Source of the DNA: Bacteroidales bacterium
Lineage (GTDB): Bacteria > Bacteroidota > Bacteroidia > Bacteroidales > PUMT01
Assembly (NCBI GenBank): GCA_046483315.1
Contig: JAWODJ010000114.1
Coordinates: forward strand, 4,241-68,240
Reading direction: 5' to 3'
DNA length: 64,000 nucleotides
A model generated the notes under the pieces. It had not been told where the DNA came from. It did not search any database and saw only the letters and a list, made by a program, of their open reading frames with translations. How positions within the stretch are numbered: the first letter of the stretch is position 1; the number at the start of each line of letters is the position of its first letter. The position numbers were made by a program, and so were the translations under genes. Shown here one piece after another: positions 30,832-40,582 of this stretch.

Positions 30832-30835
30832 TAAA

Positions 30836-32284
30836 ATGATCAATTCAAAGAGAATAGCTAATATTCTGGGTCTTCTTGTTATTATTGAGGGTTTTTTTAT
30901 TTTACTCTGTCTTCCCGTAGCCTTTTTTTATGACGACGGAGATTTCAGTGCATTTCTTATTACTGCCGGTATTGTTTTTACAACTGGCATTATTATCTGG
31001 TATTTTACACGGGATTCAAATGGATCAGTAGGAAAAAGGGAGGGGTTTATTATTGTAAGCCTGGTATGGGTGGTGTTTTCTCTTTTCGGCTGCCTTCCTT
31101 TCTGGATAAGCGGTAGCATACCTTCATTCAGTGATTCCTTTTTTGAGACCATATCGGGTTTTACAACAACAGGTGCCTCCGTTATTGATGATATAGAGGC
31201 TATGCCACATGGTTTGCTTTTTTGGAGGAGTCTGACACAATGGATGGGTGGCATGGGGATAATAGTATTATCACTTGCCATACTGCCTGTTCTGGGAATA
31301 GGCGGCATGCAGTTGTTTATTGCTGAGGTTCCGGGCCCTACAAAGGAGAAGCTTCACCCCAGGGTTAAGCAAACAGCTCAGCGCTTATGGGGCATATATA
31401 TAGTTTTTACAGTTCTTGAAATTCTTTTGCTTCTTGCCGGGGGGATGAACCTTTTTGATTCAGTATGTCATTCCTTTACAACCATGGCCACAGGTGGTTA
31501 TTCAACAAAACAGGCCAGTATCGGCCATTTTGATTCTGCCTATATCCATTATGTTATAACTATATTCATGATGATTGCAGGAACGAACTTTATTCTTTCC
31601 TATTTTGCCATTCATCTGCAATTTAATAAAATATGGAAAAATGAAGAGTTCAGGTTTTATCTCGGTTTTATCCTTGTTTTTTCTCTTATCATAAGTGTCG
31701 GGTTGCTTCTTACAGGGGATAATACTGCCGAAGAATCTTTCAGGCTGGCCTTATTTCAGGTTGTTTCAATAATGACTACCACCGGATTTGTCACCGCTGA
31801 TTATTTATTATGGATGCCTTTGCTTTCCGTTATGATATTTGTTCTTATGTTTTTTGGAGGTTCAGCAGGCTCAACCGGGGGCGGGGTGAAAATAATCAGG
31901 GTTTTGTTGATAATGAAAAACACATATCTGGAAATAAAGCGTTTGATATATCCTAATGCTGTAATACCTGTTAAGTTGAACCACCGGCCTGTATCGCTGC
32001 ACATTATAAGCAATGTAATGGCTTTTGTGTTTATTTATATACTGATAATTGTTACCAGTGTAGTTGTAATATCCTCATTTGGTTATGATATGGAAACCTC
32101 CTTCGGTGCTGCAGCGGCAACCCTTGGAAATATCGGGCCGGGAACAGGTATGGTGGGTCCGGTGGAAAATTATGCCCATTTTACTGATTTTGGAAAATGG
32201 TTTTTGTCATTTCTTATGCTGCTTGGCAGGCTTGAACTATTTACGATACTTGCTCTTTTCGCACCCTCTTTCTGGAAGAAATAG
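30836..32284 (+). CDS. trkH: Trk potassium-uptake system membrane subunit TrkH
   Basis: Polytopic, with repeated selectivity-filter-like TTTG/TGG motifs (SGFTTTGAS, TTMATGGYS, MTTTGFV). The ORF-track start at 30779 lies inside trkA. The ATG at 30836 follows the trkA stop by 4 nt. Confidence 0.9.
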   Translation: MINSKRIANILGLLVIIEGFFILLCLPVAFFYDDGDFSAFLITAGIVFTTGIIIWYFTRDSNGSVGKREGFIIVSLVWVVFSLFGCLPFWISGSIPSFSDSFFETISGFTTTGASVIDDIEAMPHGLLFWRSLTQWMGGMGIIVLSLAILPVLGIGGMQLFIAEVPGPTKEKLHPRVKQTAQRLWGIYIVFTVLEILLLLAGGMNLFDSVCHSFTTMATGGYSTKQASIGHFDSAYIHYVITIFMMIAGTNFILSYFAIHLQFNKIWKNEEFRFYLGFILVFSLIISVGLLLTGDNTAEESFRLALFQVVSIMTTTGFVTADYLLWMPLLSVMIFVLMFFGGSAGSTGGGVKIIRVLLIMKNTYLEIKRLIYPNAVIPVKLNHRPVSLHIISNVMAFVFIYILIIVTSVVVISSFGYDMETSFGAAAATLGNIGPGTGMVGPVENYAHFTDFGKWFLSFLMLLGRLELFTILALFAPSFWKK

Positions 32285-32339
32285 TAGTTATCAGTAAGGA
32301 ATTAATTTTACGTTTTTTCCCCGGAGCTTTTTGCCGGCT

Positions 32340-32954
32340 TTATAATTTAAGTTCTCCCATACCCTGCCGGACAATAAGGGGATCGTGGTCAGTACAATCA
32401 ACCACTGTTGATGGTATGTTATTACCGTAGCCACCGTCAATCACTACATCAACCTGTTGCTTAAATTTTTCATGAATAAGTTCAGGGTCTGTTGTGTATT
32501 CCAGAACCTCGTCTTCATCATGAATTGATGTTGTAAGAATAGGCCGTCCTAAATTCTTTACAATTTCCAGGATGATATTATTCTCCGGAATTCTGATGCC
32601 GACGGTTTTCTTTTTGTTTTTAAAAAGCCCGGGAACTTTATTGCTTGCCGGCAGGATAAATGTGAAAGGTCCCGGAAGGTTTTTTCTGATCAGCTTGAAA
32701 TGGGAACTGCCGATCGGTCTTGTATAATCTGCAAGATGAGAAAAATCGTGACAAATGAAGGAGAAGTCGGCATTCTTAGTACTCACTCCTTTTAACCTGG
32801 CAACTTTTTCAACTGCTTTTGTGTTGAAAATATCGCATCCCAGACCGTAAACAGTGTCGGTGGGATAAATAACCAGTCCGCCGTCATCAAGTATCTCAAC
32901 CACTTTTTGGATTGATCGCTGGCTGGGGTTTGCAGGGTGGATTTTCAGTAACAA
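32340..32954 (-). CDS. tsaC: L-threonylcarbamoyladenylate synthase (TsaC/YrdC/Sua5 family)
   Basis: 204 aa. VIYPTDTVYGLGCD and the family-typical KxR...SxN-type core. Confidence 0.85.
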   Translation of the reverse strand: MLLKIHPANPSQRSIQKVVEILDDGGLVIYPTDTVYGLGCDIFNTKAVEKVARLKGVSTKNADFSFICHDFSHLADYTRPIGSSHFKLIRKNLPGPFTFILPASNKVPGLFKNKKKTVGIRIPENNIILEIVKNLGRPILTTSIHDEDEVLEYTTDPELIHEKFKQQVDVVIDGGYGNNIPSTVVDCTDHDPLIVRQGMGELKL

Positions 32955-32965
32955 AATTAAATATT

Positions 32966-33622
32966 TTATTTATTCAGTTTTCTATGATCTGCCAGGAACT
33001 TCTCCAGTCCTGCATCGGTAAGGGGATGGTTCAGCAATCCCTTTATTGCATCAAGAGGACAGGTTGCCACATCAGCTCCTGCTTCCATACACTGAAGGAT
33101 ATGGCTGGTATTTCTTATTGACGCTGCAATAATTTCTGTTTCAATTCCGTACAATTCAAAGATATGCACCAGCTGATGAATAAGTTCAATACCATCCTGC
33201 CCGATATCGTCAAGCCTCCCTATAAAAGGGGAAACGTAAGCCGCACCTGCCTTGGCTGCCAGTAAAGCCTGTCCAGGATTGAAAATAAGTGTGCAGTTGG
33301 TTCTTATATCTTCACCGGATAAATATTTAATTGCCCTGATACCATCAGCAATAACCGGTATCTTCACTACAATCTGGTTATGCAGTGCCGCCAGTCTTTT
33401 TCCTTCACTGATCATGCCTTTGAAGTCGGTTGATATTACTTCTGCACTTACATCTCCGTCAACTGTTTCACAAATTTTCACATAATGGTCCAGGATATTT
33501 TTTTCACCTTTCACGCCTTCTTTTGCCATCAATGAAGGATTTGTGGTGACACCATCAATGATGCCCATTTCATGAGCCGTTTTGATCTGTTCAAGATTCG
33601 CTGTATCCAGGAAAAATTTCAT
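32966..33622 (-). CDS. tal: Short-type transaldolase / fructose-6-phosphate aldolase
   Basis: 218 aa. MKFFLDTANLEQI, GVTTNPSL, and the Schiff-base lysine context VVKIP. Confidence 0.9.
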   Translation of the reverse strand: MKFFLDTANLEQIKTAHEMGIIDGVTTNPSLMAKEGVKGEKNILDHYVKICETVDGDVSAEVISTDFKGMISEGKRLAALHNQIVVKIPVIADGIRAIKYLSGEDIRTNCTLIFNPGQALLAAKAGAAYVSPFIGRLDDIGQDGIELIHQLVHIFELYGIETEIIAASIRNTSHILQCMEAGADVATCPLDAIKGLLNHPLTDAGLEKFLADHRKLNK

Positions 33623-33725
33623 ATTGTTGATTTATTAAGGGTATTAATTTACAAAATTAAAATAATATGTGTACAATGAGGAATCAAATTTTGTAATACC
33701 ATATTTATAGTATGTAATAAAAAGT

Positions 33726-33822
33726 GGGTAAGCTACTTATATCGCACCGCTACAACCGTCTACCCTTGCTTCCTTCCGGATCTGGGGGAGTTCAACGGGA
33801 GCTGGTCGTATAAGACTTACCC
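33726..33822 (-). ncRNA. ffs: Signal recognition particle RNA (small bacterial 4.5S type)
   Basis: The minus strand reads GGGTAAGTCTTATACGACCAGCTCCCGTTGAACTCCCCCAGATCCGGAAGGAAGCAAGGGTAGACGG...AGCTTACCC. It has the conserved domain IV motif TCCGGAAGGAAGCA, and the terminal GGGTAAG/CTTACCC helix closes the molecule. Confidence 0.85.
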
Positions 33823-33956
33823 GTCTGCAAAGGTAGTAAAATCATGATATAATTCCAATTTTAAATGTTTCCGTTATCTAAAAAATCAATATATTTATCT
33901 TTTAAAGAAGAGTAGAAATTTAATTAAATTTACCGATAACACTTAATTCAAGAGAA

Positions 33957-34493
33957 ATGGAAAAAAACAAACAATCATCGTTGCTTAAGAGTACAATGAA
34001 TTATGGCGCAATGCTTGGGCTAGCACTGATAATTTACAGTCTTCTGTTGTGGATGATGGATGCTACAACAAACAAATATCTGGGTTACGTTTCATCTTTG
34101 ATAACTATAGCCGGCATTGTGCTGGCAACCAGGGCTTTTCGTGATCAGGAGCAGGGAGGGTTCATTACTTATGGCCGTGCACTGGCTGTTGGTACCCTTA
34201 CATCTGTTTTTGCGGGAATCATTACTGGATTCTTTACATACCTGTTATACACGGTCATTGATCCCGGTCTGATAGATAAGACCTATGCCATTATGGAGCA
34301 GACATATTATGAAGCCGGCATGAGTGATGACCAGACAGAGGTGGCAATGAATATGGCAAAACGTTTTACAAACCCTCTGATGATGTCTTTACTTGGTCTG
34401 CTGGGCAGTGCTTTTATGGGATTTATTTTTTCACTTATCACCTCTATTTTTTTAAAAAAAGAGGCTGACCCTTTTGAAACTGACTCTGTTTAA
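33957..34493 (+). CDS. DUF4199-like four-TM membrane protein
   Basis: 178 aa with four hydrophobic helices. Has the typical Bacteroidota position just upstream of a GT2 polyprenyl-phosphate glycosyltransferase. Family call is from memory. Confidence 0.5.
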   Translation: MEKNKQSSLLKSTMNYGAMLGLALIIYSLLLWMMDATTNKYLGYVSSLITIAGIVLATRAFRDQEQGGFITYGRALAVGTLTSVFAGIITGFFTYLLYTVIDPGLIDKTYAIMEQTYYEAGMSDDQTEVAMNMAKRFTNPLMMSLLGLLGSAFMGFIFSLITSIFLKKEADPFETDSV

Positions 34494-34514
34494 CATTAGA
34501 TAAAATGTCTGTAT

Positions 34515-35468
34515 ATGGATGTTTCCGTGGTAATACCCCTTTACAACGAGGAGGAATCTGTTAAGGAGTTGGTTGATTGGATAATGAGGGTAATGAAGGA
34601 ACATTCCTTTTCATTTGAGGTTGTATTGATAGATGACGGTAGCAGTGACAAATCGTGGGAGGTTATAGAAAGCCTTATTACCACAAATAAATCAATTAAG
34701 GCCCTGAAATTCCGGAGGAATTATGGCAAGTCGGCTGCTCTTTATTCCGGATTCAAAGTTTCGGAAGGCGATGTTGTCATTACCATGGATGCCGATATGC
34801 AGGACGATCCTGAAGAGATTCCGCAGTTATATAAAATGATAAAGGCGCAGGGGTATGATCTTGTGTCGGGGTGGAAGAAGGACAGGCATGATCCTCCCGG
34901 CAAGAAGGTGCCCAGCCGGTTTTTTAATTTTACTGCAAGGCTGGTAACAGGTATAAAACTCCATGATTTTAATTGCGGACTAAAGGCTTACCGTAATGAG
35001 GTGGTAAAAAATATTGAGGTATATGGTGAGATGCACAGATATATTCCTATGCTTGTCAGGGATGCAGGATTTGCAAATATTGGCGAAAAAGTGGTTAAAC
35101 ACAGGAAACGAAAATACGGCTCAACCAAGTTTGGTATGGAGCGGTTTATAAAAGGTTTTCTTGATCTTCTGTCGCTCTCTTTTGTATCCAGGTTTGGGAA
35201 AAGGCCCATGCACCTTTTTGGTACACTTGGCACGCTTGTCTTTATTGCCGGGTTGATTTCTGCTGTTTATCTTGGCAGTATGAAGCTCCTTCATTTAAGC
35301 AGAGGGGTCAGGACTGCCCTGGTTACTGACAGTCCCTATTTTTATCTCTCCCTTACTGCAATGATAATGGGAACACTGCTGTTCCTTGCAGGATTTATCG
35401 GGGAGATGATCGCCAGGAATTCACCTTTTAAGAATTCATATGAGATTGAGAAAAAGATAAATTTATAG
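34515..35468 (+). CDS. Family 2 glycosyltransferase, polyprenyl-phosphate sugar transferase type (GtrB/ArnC/DPM1-like)
   Basis: 317 aa. VVIPLYNEEES, LIDDGSSDKS, MDADMQDDP (DXD), and two C-terminal TM helices. Confidence 0.85.
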   Translation: MDVSVVIPLYNEEESVKELVDWIMRVMKEHSFSFEVVLIDDGSSDKSWEVIESLITTNKSIKALKFRRNYGKSAALYSGFKVSEGDVVITMDADMQDDPEEIPQLYKMIKAQGYDLVSGWKKDRHDPPGKKVPSRFFNFTARLVTGIKLHDFNCGLKAYRNEVVKNIEVYGEMHRYIPMLVRDAGFANIGEKVVKHRKRKYGSTKFGMERFIKGFLDLLSLSFVSRFGKRPMHLFGTLGTLVFIAGLISAVYLGSMKLLHLSRGVRTALVTDSPYFYLSLTAMIMGTLLFLAGFIGEMIARNSPFKNSYEIEKKINL

Positions 35469-35471
35469 GTT

Positions 35472-36611
35472 TTGAAGATAAATCTTGTCGGGCCTGCTTC
35501 ACCTTTAAGAGGTGGAATTGCTAATTTCAATGATTCACTTTTTGCTGCCCTTGAAAAAAAACATGATGCCGGGATTATCGGGTTTTCATTACAATACCCT
35601 TCTGTTTTTTTCCCGGGTAAATCACAATATGAAAAGGGGGCGCCTCATGCAGGAGTCCGTCCAAAACAACTCATTAATTCAATAAACCCTTTAAGCTGGC
35701 GTAAAGCAGCTGCTGAGATAGTTAAGATGATGCCTGACTGCCTTATAGTGCACTACTGGATGCCTTTTTTTGCACCTGCGCTTGGCTCTGTAATAAGGCG
35801 TGTGAAGAAAAAACATAAAGTGTGTGTGATTGGGCTTTTACATAATTTAGAACCACATGAGAAAATGGTTGCGTCTGGAAGGCTTAACCGATACTTTCTT
35901 GAATCCTGCGATGGATTTATAACAATGTCATCAACGGTAATGAATGACCTTAAGATGACAGGTACGGTAAAGCCTGTAAAAGTTATCCCTCATCCTGTTT
36001 ACGATTTTTTTGGTGAGTCGGTATCACGCCAGGTTGCATGTGACTATCTGGGACTTGATCAGGACCAGCATCATCTGTTGTTTTTCGGCATTGTCAGGAG
36101 TTATAAGGGACTCGATCTTTTATTCAGGTCCCTGGCTAATAACAGGGTTAGTCATATTAATCTGAAATTACTGGTCGCCGGTGAGTTTTATGAAAATGAG
36201 AATAAATATCTTGATCTGGCAGAGAGACTCGGTGTGGAAAAAATGATTCTGTTTACCAACAGTTTCGTTCCTAAAGAAGATGTGGGGCATTATTTTTCAG
36301 CTTCCGATATGGTGGTTCTTCCTTATCTGACTGCTACCCAAAGTGGTGTTACACAGATTGCATATCATTTTAATAAACCTATGCTGGTTACCAATGTAGG
36401 GGGATTGAAGGATGTGGTGCCTCATGGAAGGGTAGGGTACGTATGCGAAAAGGATCCGGATGAGATTGCTGCTGCAATAGCAGACTTTTTTGATAATAAC
36501 CGTTCTGCAGATTTTATCCGGAACATTAAGTCCGAGAAGAAAAAATACTCCTGGAATTCATTTGTGAAAGGAATAGAGGAGCTGGTTAAAGAGATCAGGG
36601 AAAAGAGTTAA
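35472..36611 (+). CDS. GT-B fold glycosyltransferase (GT4/GT1-like)
   Basis: 379 aa. The start in the track is a TTG, 4 nt after the GT2 stop. The N-terminus MKINLVGPASPLRGGIA and the C-terminal half are typical of GT4 enzymes. Confidence 0.7.
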   Translation: MKINLVGPASPLRGGIANFNDSLFAALEKKHDAGIIGFSLQYPSVFFPGKSQYEKGAPHAGVRPKQLINSINPLSWRKAAAEIVKMMPDCLIVHYWMPFFAPALGSVIRRVKKKHKVCVIGLLHNLEPHEKMVASGRLNRYFLESCDGFITMSSTVMNDLKMTGTVKPVKVIPHPVYDFFGESVSRQVACDYLGLDQDQHHLLFFGIVRSYKGLDLLFRSLANNRVSHINLKLLVAGEFYENENKYLDLAERLGVEKMILFTNSFVPKEDVGHYFSASDMVVLPYLTATQSGVTQIAYHFNKPMLVTNVGGLKDVVPHGRVGYVCEKDPDEIAAAIADFFDNNRSADFIRNIKSEKKKYSWNSFVKGIEELVKEIREKS

Positions 36612-36657
36612 CTATTCACGGTAAATATATTATCTGAAAAGGTTCATCCTGCCAGGT

Positions 36658-37128
36658 TTACAACAGGCCTTCCCTGTATTGTTCCTGCAACATTCCGGCC
36701 ACAAACCTGTCGACAGGAAAGCTCAACTCTTCTGCCTTAAGCGTTTTAATATTTTGCCAGCGAAAAGACTGGCTGCCCTCTGTATCTGCAGGAAAATCGA
36801 AAGGTTTATCCGATATGTGAAATTTTATTTTCCCCGTTGGTTTAATTCTGTAATATATGCTTATTAATTGATGGCTTTGGAAAAACATGGCCTTTTGATA
36901 AAACCCGGTCGTGTAGAAATGATTTAATATCTCAACAGGCTGGCCAAATTCTTCAATTGCCTCACGACGCATACAATCCTCAGGACCCTCTCCGAATTTC
37001 ATCCCTCCGCCGGGAAATTTTGTCATACACATATTAAATCTGTATTCATCACTAAGCAAGACCCCTGCCTCATCATTTATCATGATTCCGTAAATCCTTA
37101 TTATAAATTGGTTATCCGTTTTTTGCAT
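36658..37128 (-). CDS. NUDIX hydrolase
   Basis: 156 aa. Nudix box GGGMKFGEGPEDCMRREAIEEFG. Confidence 0.8.
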   Translation of the reverse strand: MQKTDNQFIIRIYGIMINDEAGVLLSDEYRFNMCMTKFPGGGMKFGEGPEDCMRREAIEEFGQPVEILNHFYTTGFYQKAMFFQSHQLISIYYRIKPTGKIKFHISDKPFDFPADTEGSQSFRWQNIKTLKAEELSFPVDRFVAGMLQEQYREGLL

Positions 37129-37154
37129 TGGAAATGAATTAGCCGGCTACTTTT

Positions 37155-38093
37155 TTACTGCCGCTTTTTATCTGATTCTATACCGGTACGTTCTTCAATA
37201 AATTTTAGTATTCCGGCGTAATCACCGGCATGAAACCATGTGATTTCCTTGTCCCTTGCAAGCCAGGTCATTTGTCTTTTTGCGTAATGCCTGCTGTTGC
37301 GCTTAATAAGCTCCACTGCTCTCCCGAGAGTACATTTACCCTCCATGTAATCAAAAAGTTCTTTGTACCCAACTGTATTTAAGGCATTTAAATGACGATA
37401 CCGGAAAAGGTTTTCAGCCTCATTCAACAACCCCTTTTCCATCATTTTGTCCACCCGGGAGTTAATGATATTATATAATTCAGTTCTTTCACGGTTCAAC
37501 CCTATTTTGATAACAGAAAAAAAACGTTTTTTCTTGTTCCCGGTAAGAAAAGAGGAATAGGGCTTTCCTGTTATAAAACTTATTTCCAGAGCCTTAAGCA
37601 TTCGGTTGGGATTTTTCAGGTCCACCACATCATAATGTGCAGGATCTAATTTTTTTAACTGTTGTCTCAGCCAGCCAATTCCTTCTGAACGGTATTTTTC
37701 TTTGAGATCTTTTCTCAGTTTGTGGTCAACATCAGGCAGGTCGTCAATCCCACGGCATATTGCATCTATATAAAGCCCTGATCCTCCGGTCATGAAAACC
37801 ACTTCTGTTTTTGTGAATAACTTTTCAGTCAGGGCAAGGGATTCCATTTCAAACATACTTGCGTTGTAGTATTCATGAATGGAAAGGTTCCCGATAAAAT
37901 AATGTTTTGCTTTTTTCATCTGATCGGTCGAGGGGGGTGCCGTACCTATTCTCATTTCACGATACATCTGGCGGGAATCAGAAGATATTACAGGGGCATT
38001 AAAAACTGCTGCAAGGTCTGCGCAAAGCTTTGTCTTGCCAACTCCTGTGGGGCCGGTTATTACAACAAGATATGGCCGGTAGGTATTAAGCAA
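37155..38093 (-). CDS. miaA: tRNA dimethylallyltransferase
   Basis: 312 aa. P-loop ITGPTGVGKT, SSDSRQMYREMRIGTA, and YAKRQMTW. Confidence 0.9.
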   Translation of the reverse strand: MLNTYRPYLVVITGPTGVGKTKLCADLAAVFNAPVISSDSRQMYREMRIGTAPPSTDQMKKAKHYFIGNLSIHEYYNASMFEMESLALTEKLFTKTEVVFMTGGSGLYIDAICRGIDDLPDVDHKLRKDLKEKYRSEGIGWLRQQLKKLDPAHYDVVDLKNPNRMLKALEISFITGKPYSSFLTGNKKKRFFSVIKIGLNRERTELYNIINSRVDKMMEKGLLNEAENLFRYRHLNALNTVGYKELFDYMEGKCTLGRAVELIKRNSRHYAKRQMTWLARDKEITWFHAGDYAGILKFIEERTGIESDKKRQ

Positions 38094-38119
38094 CTGGTTT
38101 ACCTGGGTTATTAAAAATA

Positions 38120-38557
38120 TCAGATATCTGTAAGATCAGGGTCTTCTATAATTATTTGTTCAGGAGGCCTGCCTTTGCCGGATGAACAGAAAGGATAATT
38201 CTTGTTTTTATCCTCCGTGATGATAGAGAGCAATTCAATAAAAAAGGCCCGGTCTGAAAAAAAGTCAAAGAGATAAAGAAGGCGTTGTTTCTCTTCTTTT
38301 ATTAAGTCACACAGACGGGTCTTATCCATTATAATAACGGGGGTATGGCTGTCTTCTGCCATATCAAATAAATTAATTTCCAGCCCTTTTTCCCATTTAT
38401 TATTTGCGAGAAAAAATGAAGCCATCTGTTTTTTGTCATATCCCAATTCATCCTGAATTGCATTATGAAGATCAAAAAAGGTGTGGTTTTCTCTTATTTC
38501 AATATCCCTGTAGAATGGCTCTTTACCTGTACCAATCAGCCTGAATTTAAAAATCAT
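38120..38557 (-). CDS. MM3350-like / plasmid pRiA4b ORF-3-like domain protein
   Basis: 145 aa. FKFRL...FYRDIEI..NHTFFDLHNAIQDELGYD...ASFF ... YLFDFFSDRAFFIEL ... GKGRPPE follows the pattern of that family as I recall it. Function unknown. Confidence 0.45.
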   Translation of the reverse strand: MIFKFRLIGTGKEPFYRDIEIRENHTFFDLHNAIQDELGYDKKQMASFFLANNKWEKGLEINLFDMAEDSHTPVIIMDKTRLCDLIKEEKQRLLYLFDFFSDRAFFIELLSIITEDKNKNYPFCSSGKGRPPEQIIIEDPDLTDI

Positions 38558-38563
38558 AAACTG

Positions 38564-39643
38564 CTAAAGATTAAGTAAGAATTCCATTGTGTCAATGTTG
38601 TCGGCATAATCTTTGAGACCGGGTTCCTGTGTTTTACCAAAGGGAACCAGATTCTCTGATATATTTTGATTTCCTGCAATGCATTGAATTTTTCCGGAAT
38701 TATTATTTGTCAGCTCAAGTGCAGAACCGGTGCTGCCTACTTTCTCATAATTCAGCACAGATATAGGTGAAGCCAGTGCATTTTCCTCCCTGATAAGAAG
38801 AAAACCTGTATCAAGATGCGGTATCCTGTCAATAAGATGAATGGCTTTCTGGTATTCATAATTATTTGCCCATTGATTGTGATCAATAATATAGCTGTAT
38901 CCTGCGAAAGCCTCCGCAAGCAATGAAAAATCATAATTCAGGGGAACAAATATTTTTGACACACTCCTGCAACCCAGTCCGAAATACCTTAAAACATCAT
39001 CAGCTAAACCTTCAAGATCTTCTTTTGTTTCACTTCCATCCAGAATTGCTGCCGAATTTCTGTTTTTCCTTATGATATGGGGATATTTCTCGAAATAGTA
39101 CTCGAAATACCTGGATGTATTGTCACTGCCCGTTGCAATAATGGCATCAAAATTATTCAGCCTGTCCTCCTCAAATGCTACAAGATCTTCAAATTCACTG
39201 TTTATTGAGATCAGTATTGCAGAAATCATTTTAAGCAACTGATCATCTTTGTACGAAAGTTTGGCAGTGAGTTTATGACCCGAGATTATTACACACAGCA
39301 TATCATGAAAACCAGCCAGGGGGATGTTACCAGCCATGACTACGGCAACTGTCTTTGGATCTGTTCTGCGGCCCGGAATATCATAACAGCTGAGCCAGGA
39401 AACGATATCTTCACTTTTAAGCATCCTGCCGGTATTTCCCGCTGCAAAACGAAGGTTGGTCTCAGTGAACCAGGGATTACTGACATGGCTGTTTTTTATA
39501 AGTGACTCCATGGGCCGGAAGAACCTGTCATTGAGTTCTTCCAGCCATGGCATCATTATCCCGCTTTTATATTCAGGCTTACGGAATTGTTCGAGAAATA
39601 TTCCAAGTTTTTCAAAAGCTTTTATTGTATCCTTTAACTCCAT
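38564..39643 (-). CDS. LuxC-like acyl-CoA reductase family protein
   Basis: 359 aa. AVVMAGNIPLAGFHDMLCVIISGH and overall similarity to the Bacteroidota 'acyl-CoA reductase (LuxC)' group. No luxE-like partner in the window. Confidence 0.5.
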   Translation of the reverse strand: MELKDTIKAFEKLGIFLEQFRKPEYKSGIMMPWLEELNDRFFRPMESLIKNSHVSNPWFTETNLRFAAGNTGRMLKSEDIVSWLSCYDIPGRRTDPKTVAVVMAGNIPLAGFHDMLCVIISGHKLTAKLSYKDDQLLKMISAILISINSEFEDLVAFEEDRLNNFDAIIATGSDNTSRYFEYYFEKYPHIIRKNRNSAAILDGSETKEDLEGLADDVLRYFGLGCRSVSKIFVPLNYDFSLLAEAFAGYSYIIDHNQWANNYEYQKAIHLIDRIPHLDTGFLLIREENALASPISVLNYEKVGSTGSALELTNNNSGKIQCIAGNQNISENLVPFGKTQEPGLKDYADNIDTMEFLLNL

Positions 39644-39682
39644 AAGACCAAATACCCGGGTAAGTGTTATTTTTTCTGGATA

Positions 39683-40060
39683 TTAGAAATTAATGTTGTT
39701 GAGAATATTTTCCCAGGGGAAGAAATTCATAAAACTTGTTCCTATCAGAAGCCCGATAATAATCAGCAGCAGATATAAACCGGCCAGTATGGTTCCGATG
39801 AGGGAACAAATATAACCCGCATTGAGGTTTTTGTAGGAGGAAACTGAATATCGGTCAGGGGATTCATTGTATATCTTTTTGGATTTCACACCAAGTATAA
39901 GTCCAATAATACCCAGGATCAATCCAATTCCCCAGCAGCACCAGAAAAGAAGCGACAGGATACCTAATACCAGTACAGCAGTTGCATTGGGGACTTGTTC
40001 CCGGACAACTACTTCTTTGTTTTCATTGGTTTCTTCAGAAGGTTGATTTATTTCAGCCAT
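39683..40060 (-). CDS. Small membrane protein with CC motif (DUF4190/CCC-motif-like)
   Basis: 125 aa. Acidic N-tail, then helices GILSLLFWCCWGIGLILGIIGLILG and SLIGTILAGLYLLLIIIGLLIG. Confidence 0.4.
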   Translation of the reverse strand: MAEINQPSEETNENKEVVVREQVPNATAVLVLGILSLLFWCCWGIGLILGIIGLILGVKSKKIYNESPDRYSVSSYKNLNAGYICSLIGTILAGLYLLLIIIGLLIGTSFMNFFPWENILNNINF

Positions 40061-40071
40061 AATTTAAAAAT

Positions 40072-40374
40072 TTAAGGGGTTAATATCTTATAAATATAGT
40101 TTAAAACCATTATAAAGGCATTTATTATGAATAAAATTTTAATAAAAAGAGCTCCTCTCTGCAATTTAAATATTAAATGAACAACAAGTAAAACAATAAG
40201 TAAAATACCGGGTAACAGGGCGGGGTAGAGTATAAGTGATTCACGGAAATTGCCTCTTATTAATTCGATAAAAGCTCGTTGCATGCCGCATCCCGGACAT
40301 TCAACGCCCAGAAAGGAGGAATAGAAACAGGGTTGCGCAATTGATTCCAGCCAGTCTGCAAGTTTTTCCAGCAT
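40072..40374 (-). CDS. DUF2752-family small membrane protein
   Basis: 100 aa. N-terminal CxxC-type CPGCGMQRAF followed by two TM helices. Confidence 0.55.
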   Translation of the reverse strand: MLEKLADWLESIAQPCFYSSFLGVECPGCGMQRAFIELIRGNFRESLILYPALLPGILLIVLLVVHLIFKLQRGALFIKILFIINAFIMVLNYIYKILTP

Positions 40375-40582
40375 TTCCCGGTTTTTTACGGAAAAGTATA
40401 TAATAATCCGGGAAAAAAAAATCTTCGAAAAGAATATTTTCGAAGATTTTAATATTGTTATTACCTGGACGTCCGGTTATCCGGTATAGCCTGCAGGTTT
40501 GCCTGAAGGTGCCTGCAGACAGTTTTCCTGTATGAAGGCACATTGATGAGTTGGTTTGCCGGTTTTAAATTTAAGTGTATGA

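Noticed and set aside
30779-30835. N-terminal extensions in the ORF track for trkH (30779), def (26154), the SDR (50614), the YbaK-like protein (51486) and the RRM protein (12354)
   Set aside because: The extensions overlap the upstream gene or use GTG/TTG starts. Internal ATGs give family-typical N-termini immediately after the upstream stop codon.
40301-40543. 80-aa minus-strand ORF overlapping the start of the DUF2752 gene
   Set aside because: It overlaps a better-supported gene out of frame, and its translation has no membrane or domain character.
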